IMG/VR virus record: IMGVR_UViG_3300038540_000025
Span: 1 to 5,768 of that record
Length of the DNA stretch: 5,768 bases
Origin: a virus
Reading direction: 5' to 3' (one strand)
Shown here piece by piece: positions 1 through 5,176 of the stretch. Positions within the stretch are counted from its first letter, which is position 1; each line of letters opens with the position of its first letter. The notes beneath the pieces were generated by a model. The model was not told the origin of the DNA. It did not search any database and was given only the letters and a program-made list of their open reading frames with translations. A program made the translations under genes and the position numbers.

Positions 1-107
1 ATTTATACTATCCAATTTCGCATTACCTGTATTTACAGCTAACAATTTTAAATTTTGTTTCGCAATATCAGTATCTACCCCTGCAGTCTTATCTGCATTT
101 ACATTTT
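1..107. repeat. Terminal direct repeat, copy 1 (identical to 5662..5768); overlap of a circular assembly
   Basis: Read base by base: atttatactatccaatttcgcattacctgtatttacagctaacaattttaaattttgtttcgcaatatcagtatctacccctgcagtcttatctgcatttacatttt occurs at both window ends. Confidence 0.95.
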
Positions 108-534
108 TCGACCTTGCTTCTGCCTCTTTAGCTTTAGTATCTGCTTCCAAATTCTTCATAGTTAACATTCTTTCTGCTAATTGCATACCTAACTCCATGC
201 CTTTACTCTTAGATACTCCTGTATATTGAGGGCTTGGCATACTTGCACTACCTGTAGCAACTTGTGTCGTACCACCGGCTCCACCTTTTCCATACATTAA
301 ACCGGCATTAACACCGGCTTTTTTCATTTGTTTTACCTGTGCATCATAATTCGTTTTATCCCACAATTCTAACTGTTTCTTCATGTTAAACTCAGTAATT
401 CTATTACTTGCATCTACTTGAATATCACTCATTTGTTTAGCTTGTTGTGTATATCCTGATGTACTTCCACCAAATATACCCCCCAATACTTGACCCGCAC
501 CTCCTATCAGTGCACTTGTTACCATTGGATTCAT
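1..534 (-). CDS. DNA pilot / minor capsid protein (VP2- or H-like), N-terminal 178 codons. The ORF continues across the circular junction into 5661..5176, giving 339 aa in total.
   Basis: ATG at 534..532. I translated every triplet of 1..534 on the minus strand and found no stop. The frame is continuous with the 5176..5706 ORF (position 45 = 5706). The N-terminus is MNPMVTSALIGGAGQVLGGIFGGSTSGYTQQAKQM...NRITEFNMKKQLELWDKTNYDAQVKQMKKAGVNAGLMYGKGGAGG. A Gly-rich N-terminus followed by an F-N...W...Y..QV..MK.AG.N block is what I recall for gokusho-type VP2 proteins. Confidence 0.8.
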   Translation of the reverse strand, partial: MNPMVTSALIGGAGQVLGGIFGGSTSGYTQQAKQMSDIQVDASNRITEFNMKKQLELWDKTNYDAQVKQMKKAGVNAGLMYGKGGAGGTTQVATGSASMPSPQYTGVSKSKGMELGMQLAERMLTMKNLEADTKAKEAEARSKNVNADKTAGVDTDIAKQNLKLLAVNTGNAKLDSIN

Positions 535-575
535 AATATTATAATTTATTGTTAATTGTTTTTCTCCCTTTTTCT

Positions 576-594
576 TAAAAAGGGATTCTACCCT
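576..594. other. Hairpin in the VP2-upstream intergenic region (stem cccttttt/aaaaaggg, loop ctt). GGG 592..594 can alternatively pair with CCC 601..603.
   Basis: 8-bp inverted repeat 576..583 / 587..594, read directly. It lies 42 to 60 nt upstream of the VP2 ATG on the coding strand. Function unknown. Confidence 0.3.
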
Positions 595-670
595 CTTGAT
601 AATATAGTATATACGCGTACCATAGTTTTAAAAAAATATTATTCTTAATAGTCGCGTATTCTAATTAATT

Positions 671-688
671 AGGCTCCCGAAGGAGCCT
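671..688 (-). terminator. GC-rich stem-loop immediately 3' of the capsid-module genes; on the coding strand it reads aggctcc-UUCG-ggagcct
   Basis: 7-bp perfect stem (671..677 / 682..688) with a 4-nt loop. On the minus strand this is a C(UUCG)G tetraloop. It starts 13 nt after the TAG stop (703..701) of the 99-aa ORF. It is GC-rich in an otherwise AT-rich spacer. There is no clean U-tract after it, so it could instead be an ssDNA structural signal. Confidence 0.45.
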
Positions 689-700
689 ATTAATAACCAT

Positions 701-1000
701 CTAATCTACTGCAGTATCAACTGCTTCGTCATTATCATCTTTTACTACAGTCATCTTAGCACTCAATTGTTTTGATGCTTCAACTTTCGATCTAGCTTCT
801 ACAGCTATATCAAATCTATCTTCTCTGATATTAGTACCTGAAGGTACTACACCATTATCTTCACTATATGTTAAAGTTATTCTATCGTTTAAACTATCGC
901 CATTATTTAATTTTCTAGCAATAGCAAGTTCCAATGGTTCTGCTACATATGACTGTTTAGCAACCATACCACCACCTCTTACAAAAATGTTTCTTTTCAT
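701..1000 (-). CDS. Hypothetical 99-aa protein directly downstream of the capsid gene (possible scaffolding or other morphogenesis protein)
   Basis: ATG 1000..998 lies 4 nt after the VP1 stop (1007..1005). It is on the same strand as all other genes, ends 13 nt before the hairpin, and has an acidic C-terminal tail, DDNDEAVDTAVD. I recognise no family from the sequence. Confidence 0.6.
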   Translation of the reverse strand: MKRNIFVRGGGMVAKQSYVAEPLELAIARKLNNGDSLNDRITLTYSEDNGVVPSGTNIREDRFDIAVEARSKVEASKQLSAKMTVVKDDNDEAVDTAVD

Positions 1001-1004
1001 GTTA

Positions 1005-3062
1005 TTATAAATTAGGCATTTGTTTACTACTCATTTTACGTCTTGCAAATATATCTACCTTAATCTGCGTCCAAAAGTTCTGCGCATCTAACGAAGTATC
1101 AGCAAATATGTAATTAAATTTACTTGGGTCTATGTATGTAGTTAAGTCTTTTATAAAAAAGTGCTTATCTTCATCTGTTCTCCAATCATATCGTCTGTTC
1201 AATGTCATAAACATCTGGTTATCTTGTACTGCAAAATTTCCGTAACATTTATTAACATCCGTCATGTAATGTAACCAACTTGGCTGTTTTCCTGCAGACC
1301 GAAAAATAGGTCTGCTTGTTGTTTCATCACCTCCTGTTGTATCTATTTGAGTTTCCCAAAAAGCCATTCTATCTGTACTCAACTCTTGAAATGCTATTGC
1401 ATCCAGATCAGGTTTATGAAACTCATCAAAATTCTCCAAATTTGTATCCCACTCATTACCTTGACTATAATCTATTCTAGGAGTAATACTGATTATACCC
1501 ATAATATAACTAGGTTCATCAACACTAACAGATACATAACCGCCTTTCTTTTTATTAGCCATAATACCGCGACCTCCAATTGTACCCAATGGTTGATCAC
1601 TTCCTGTATTATTACTAATAACTTCCTGAAAAACTAATTCCTTTGATAAGCCACCTATATACATCGGACTACTAACACCACCGTCTCTTTTTTCATCATA
1701 AATAGCTTGTACCCAATCATCAAATCTACCACCTGTCACTGCTATTCTATTAAGCATCTCCCATAACTTTTTGTTCAATGCTAATTCATTTAATGATAGT
1801 TTGTTATCTACAATATTCACATCTGTTATAGTATTTATACCATTATCTCCGTCAATCCATTCTGCATTCATCCAATTATTATACATATCTGATTGATAAG
1901 TCTTTAAACCCAAACCTTCCTGCGTACTCGCAATACTAAATCTCCAATGATTTGTCATTTGATTACTACCTTCAAAAATATCCTTATAAGGACTTTGTAG
2001 AAAATCATTTATTACAACTGTCTCACCTAAACCTGTATTGTTTAATACAAAATCCTTCATGTCATCAATATTTTTCAGTGGGAACCTTTTAATTGTAGGA
2101 TACTGACCGATACTACTTGAACCATCATTGAACTCAACATTGTAAAACAATTCGTTTCCCAATCTTATATTCGTTGGAAATTGATATGGAGTAATTCTTT
2201 CACAAAATAACTCTTTCGAGTCTTCATCATAATATACTCCTTCAAATATTTCACTAATATATTTTCTACCCAAAAATTCTGTATTATCATTATTATATAC
2301 ATTTAATAATAATTTTCTATAATCAAAATTAGTCGTAGTATTAAACCGTACTTCTAACCTATTAATACTACCATAAGATGTTGAATTAGGCCCTGCATCA
2401 TTCATATAAATAGGATATATATCTCCGTCTGTTTGTCTTAATTGTCCTTCAACAATTGTAACAGCCCAAAAGCTTGGGTTATGTATTAATGCACCTTCTT
2501 CTTCTTGTACATTTGCATAATATTGTTTATAAATATCCCAATACATCAATAAAGGTACCGCATTAAAATATCTAGAAACTTTCATATCTTCATAATCTTC
2601 ATTAGGGACTCTTGGAGTACCAATACCTCTAATTCCTAAATAACTCAATATACTACTGGTATTAACTTGCTGATTCTCCAACGGTTTGGTAAAGTCCAAA
2701 TAATTACCTCTTACCAGCATTTGTGGTAGTTTCACTTGTGCCATATCCATACCAATATTCATTTTATTCTGAACAAGTACTTTGTTATATAGTCTTATAG
2801 GAATACTAAACACATCTAATTGTACCTTATAACTTCCAAATAAAGCACTTACAGTTGGGTGCGTCATTACATCTACATCAAGATTAATCTTGAGACTATC
2901 ACCAGGCAACGCCAATTTATTCATAAAAGGTACTAAAGTGCCAGCACTCATTGTAGACCTCCATGTACTTCCGATATCGTGGTTTGAGTAACCAACATAA
3001 TGTACAATGTTTTCAAGCTTACCGCCTGATCCTAATCTATTACCTCCTAATTGTGTTTTCAT
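1005..3062 (-). CDS. Major capsid protein (Microviridae VP1/F family), 685 aa
   Basis: Conserved-looking blocks include STMSAGTLVPFMNKLALPGDSLKINLDVDV, FSIPIRLYN, YWDIYKQYYAN, LVFQEVISN...LGTIGGRG, EPSYIMGIISITPRIDYSQG and PDLDAIAFQEL. These match my recollection of the microvirus F/VP1 jelly-roll protein. It is the largest ORF in the genome, as expected for this family. Confidence 0.92.
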   Translation of the reverse strand: MKTQLGGNRLGSGGKLENIVHYVGYSNHDIGSTWRSTMSAGTLVPFMNKLALPGDSLKINLDVDVMTHPTVSALFGSYKVQLDVFSIPIRLYNKVLVQNKMNIGMDMAQVKLPQMLVRGNYLDFTKPLENQQVNTSSILSYLGIRGIGTPRVPNEDYEDMKVSRYFNAVPLLMYWDIYKQYYANVQEEEGALIHNPSFWAVTIVEGQLRQTDGDIYPIYMNDAGPNSTSYGSINRLEVRFNTTTNFDYRKLLLNVYNNDNTEFLGRKYISEIFEGVYYDEDSKELFCERITPYQFPTNIRLGNELFYNVEFNDGSSSIGQYPTIKRFPLKNIDDMKDFVLNNTGLGETVVINDFLQSPYKDIFEGSNQMTNHWRFSIASTQEGLGLKTYQSDMYNNWMNAEWIDGDNGINTITDVNIVDNKLSLNELALNKKLWEMLNRIAVTGGRFDDWVQAIYDEKRDGGVSSPMYIGGLSKELVFQEVISNNTGSDQPLGTIGGRGIMANKKKGGYVSVSVDEPSYIMGIISITPRIDYSQGNEWDTNLENFDEFHKPDLDAIAFQELSTDRMAFWETQIDTTGGDETTSRPIFRSAGKQPSWLHYMTDVNKCYGNFAVQDNQMFMTLNRRYDWRTDEDKHFFIKDLTTYIDPSKFNYIFADTSLDAQNFWTQIKVDIFARRKMSSKQMPNL

Positions 3063-3304
3063 TTCTTTAAATTTAAATTGTTAAAAGCTTCAAATAATTG
3101 CATAACTCTACCCGCATCTAATAAATTCGCATTCAAATTTACCTTATTTTCATCCTGATCTTGATACAGTATTGTATTACCTACTGCAAGCATCCAATTA
3201 TCATTATTATTCTCCTTAATTATCGAATACGGAGTCCCTTTTATTGACTTGATAATTATATCATCACTTTCTACTACTATTTCTGTTGAGTTTAGTGTAT
3301 TCAT
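3059..3304 (-). CDS. Hypothetical 81-aa protein between the lysis-like genes and the capsid gene
   Basis: Its ATG 3304..3302 overlaps the stop of the upstream gene (TAATG). Its TGA 3061..3059 overlaps the VP1 ATG (ATGA). The protein is Asn/Asp-rich with no transmembrane segment and no family I can name. Confidence 0.55.
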   Translation of the reverse strand: MNTLNSTEIVVESDDIIIKSIKGTPYSIIKENNNDNWMLAVGNTILYQDQDENKVNLNANLLDAGRVMQLFEAFNNLNLKK

Positions 3305-3702
3305 TACTTTATTGTTAAAATTATTTTTTCTGATTTACTTTTTACTTCGAGTATATTCATTAACTTTTCGAAAGCTAGTTTACTATTAAGTACAAACCTG
3401 TTATCTTGACTCCTATTTGTACCTACTAATATACACCCTTCAGTATCCATTGCAGAGTTACCCGTATGTATCCTTATCCCTTTAAAGTTAGGGACATTTA
3501 ATACCAAAGGCAAAAGCCTTTTAAACTTTCTACTATACGAAATAATTATCTCGTAACTACCTTTAGGGATTGCAGTCATACCTTTGACTTTTACATCCCT
3601 TTCTACATCTTCTAGAGTGTAACCAAAAAAGCGTCCGTCAACAAACAGACGCCCAATTGTACATTCCTCCGATATCCATTCTCTTTGGATTACTAACAAC
3701 AT
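3304..3702 (-). CDS. Putative peptidoglycan-acting enzyme (endolysin candidate), 132 aa, DUF5675-like with a YkuD-like His/Cys motif
   Basis: I prefer the ATG at 3702..3700 over the GTG at 3771 used by the ORF track, because the upstream 59-aa ORF stops at 3706..3704, 1 nt before this ATG. Motifs are TIGRLFVDG..FGYTLED, AIPKGSYEI and GIRIHTGNSAMDTEGCILVG (His codon 3468..3466, Cys codon 3435..3433). From memory these resemble the DUF5675 family and the H...[ST]xGC[IV] signature of L,D-transpeptidase-fold proteins. Confidence 0.7.
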   Translation of the reverse strand: MLLVIQREWISEECTIGRLFVDGRFFGYTLEDVERDVKVKGMTAIPKGSYEIIISYSRKFKRLLPLVLNVPNFKGIRIHTGNSAMDTEGCILVGTNRSQDNRFVLNSKLAFEKLMNILEVKSKSEKIILTIK

Positions 3703-3703
3703 A

Positions 3704-3883
3704 CTATTCTTTTTTCTTTCTAAGTAATCCGAATAGTGTAGCCAATCCAATAAGGATTTGCACAACAACACTTACTACATTGTTAACATCATCGGGAGAA
3801 ATATCACCCGCACTTTGTACCGCAGTACTAGCACCAATGCCTAACGCACCAATACTTACTTTTACAATACTGTCTTTCAGCAT
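3704..3883 (-). CDS. Small 59-aa membrane protein, holin-like (not in the supplied ORF track)
   Basis: Hand translation of the minus strand from ATG 3883..3881 to TAG 3706..3704 gives MLKDSIVKVSIGALGIGASTAVQSAGDISPDDVNNVVSVVVQILIGLATLFGLLRKKKE. There is a weakly hydrophobic Gly/Ala-rich segment, then an acidic turn (DISPDD), then a strongly hydrophobic 19-residue segment (VVSVVVQILIGLATLFGLL), then a basic tail (RKKKE). It is the first gene after the long intergenic region and is abutted to the enzyme gene. Confidence 0.5.
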   Translation of the reverse strand: MLKDSIVKVSIGALGIGASTAVQSAGDISPDDVNNVVSVVVQILIGLATLFGLLRKKKE

Positions 3884-4117
3884 AATAAACTAATTTAAGT
3901 TAATAAAATAAATTTGTCTCATTAAGACGTACAAATATTATAATAAATATTTATACCATTCTGTTAACAAAATGTTAAATTATATTCACTCACCAATATC
4001 TAATCTCTATGTAAAAATCTTATTTACCTCCTTCAATTCTAGCTAGCCGTGCGGCAATGAGCACACGCAAACAACAAATTCCGCTTTATACTAGTTCTTC
4101 AAGCCCTCTATTCATCA

Positions 4118-4125
4118 CAAATTTA
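4118..4125 (-). promoter_or_regulatory. Candidate Bacteroidota-type -7 promoter box (TAAATTTG on the coding strand)
   Basis: Plus-strand caaattta at 4118..4125 is TAnnTTTG on the minus strand, the Bacteroides -7 consensus. I found no well-spaced TTTG -33 element. It lies about 235 nt upstream of the first ATG of the lysis/capsid gene block. A chance match is quite possible in AT-rich DNA. Confidence 0.15.
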
Positions 4126-4186
4126 CGTATATTCAATAAATAAATAATATTAATACCTATATATCATAACACATATAAATACAACA

Positions 4187-4206
4187 AAGGGGCTAAAAAG
4201 CCCCTT
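4187..4206 (-). terminator. GC-rich stem-loop overlapping the Rep stop codon (aaggggct-aaaa-agcccctt)
   Basis: 8-bp perfect stem 4187..4194 / 4199..4206 with a 4-nt loop. The Rep TAA is at 4207..4205. On the coding strand the hairpin is followed by the T-rich run tgttgtatttatatgt, which fits an intrinsic terminator closing the VP2-VP4 block. Confidence 0.5.
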
Positions 4207-5176
4207 ATTTCAAACGTTGTTTTCTTATTATATTCCTTTTCTGATTTTCATACATTCTCTTATTCCAATTAATTTCGTTATTTCCATATCCTAACTTCAT
4301 ATTCATATATTGAGCACTTTTTAATAACTTATAATAATGTTCATCATCAACTGCCTTTATATTCATAACCCATCGTTCATCTTTATCCAATTTATCTAAC
4401 CATAACCTTTCTCTTTCATTCTCATTATATAACATATTCCGATAATATATTGGATTTGCTATTTTTCTACCATTATCTAACCTATATGTATCTTCAGTAT
4501 TTTTACCTTTATATTTATGGTCATTATATTTATCATCCTTTTCGTAATATTTACCTATACCTTTACTACATAATATTTTAGGATTATAATACTCGTGTTC
4601 TTTATCTAACTTATTTACATACTTAACCATATAGTTCACGGTTTTATTATTCACATAACCATTATGTTCATCACCATTCCAAACTATACCATAACCCCAT
4701 CTATCAGTTATATATTTAGGTTCTTTATCTGTAAACAATATACCATGTAAATGTATATGTTCAAATTTACCATGACCCAATTCTGTAACAAACCAATGCC
4801 TTACACTCTTTTTTTCAAATTTTCTCCAACGTTCCAAAAAACGTCTCATTGCTATAGTTACCATTTCATTGTCTCTGTCATATCCACTCAAATCACCTTC
4901 TATTGCTTTATCTAATTCCTTTATACTTTCTGTTGAAAAAGTTAAAGTTATAAATTTTCCATTCTTATTTACCTTTATTTCTTCCAATAATCTTATCTTC
5001 CATTCATTTGCTTTCTGCTTCTTACACTGCATACATCTACCACATCCTATTGGTACATATTTAACTCTTTCATCAGGCTTACCAAATTCATCTAATGGTA
5101 ATGGGGGGATAACCCCCCCATTCTTCTTATTTGCCCTGTATTTAGGGTTTTCCATTAATCTAGGGAATAAACACAT
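4205..5176 (-). CDS. Rolling-circle replication initiation protein (Microviridae VP4/A-like, HUH superfamily), 323 aa
   Basis: Motif I is FITLTF (4954..4937). The HUH motif is EHIHLHGILF, with H-I-H-L-H checked at 4759..4745. The two-tyrosine motif III is YMVKY, checked at 4633..4619. There is also an N-terminal Cys cluster, CGRCMQC. Its start overlaps the VP2 stop as TAATG (5178..5174). Confidence 0.9.
   Translation of the reverse strand: MCLFPRLMENPKYRANKKNGGVIPPLPLDEFGKPDERVKYVPIGCGRCMQCKKQKANEWKIRLLEEIKVNKNGKFITLTFSTESIKELDKAIEGDLSGYDRDNEMVTIAMRRFLERWRKFEKKSVRHWFVTELGHGKFEHIHLHGILFTDKEPKYITDRWGYGIVWNGDEHNGYVNNKTVNYMVKYVNKLDKEHEYYNPKILCSKGIGKYYEKDDKYNDHKYKGKNTEDTYRLDNGRKIANPIYYRNMLYNENERERLWLDKLDKDERWVMNIKAVDDEHYYKLLKSAQYMNMKLGYGNNEINWNKRMYENQKRNIIRKQRLK

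Noticed and set aside
538-543. TATAAT on the coding strand, 4 nt upstream of the VP2 ATG
   Set aside because: Such hexamers occur by chance throughout this AT-rich DNA. The position would imply a leaderless transcript, and I found no -35 partner.
688-697. tattaataac on the plus strand, a 10-nt match to the core of the phiX174 origin (CAACTTGATATTAATAACACTATAGACCAC, from memory), next to the 671..688 hairpin. A related atattaata lies at 4147..4155.
   Set aside because: It is on the strand opposite to the genes, and therefore opposite to the packaged strand that Rep should nick. It is all A/T apart from the final C in an AT-rich genome, so a chance match is likely. This Rep is only distantly related to phiX A. 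It is worth including in a nicking-assay oligonucleotide set, but it is not evidence of an origin.
1347-1637. 96-aa plus-strand ORF from the track
   Set aside because: It lies entirely antisense to the well-supported capsid gene. The product is low-complexity (Ile/Thr/Asn/Cys-rich), as expected from reading AT-rich coding DNA backwards. No other gene is on this strand.
3703-3771. GTG-initiated 23-codon N-terminal extension of the enzyme ORF (track start 3771)
   Set aside because: It starts at GTG and overlaps the ATG-initiated 59-aa ORF in another frame. The internal ATG at 3702 sits 1 nt after that ORF's stop and begins directly at the conserved-looking core.
3657-3893. 78-aa plus-strand ORF from the track
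   Set aside because: It is antisense to the 59-aa ORF and the start of the enzyme gene. Its hydrophobic Leu/Thr/Ser-rich product is typical of an antisense artefact. Microvirus genes are all on one strand.
4056-4145. 29-codon plus-strand ORF (MSTRKQQIPLYTSSSSPLFITNLRIFNK) in the long intergenic region
   Set aside because: It is very short, on the wrong strand and has no translation signals. Its basic start could hint at a J-like DNA-binding peptide, but nothing else supports that.
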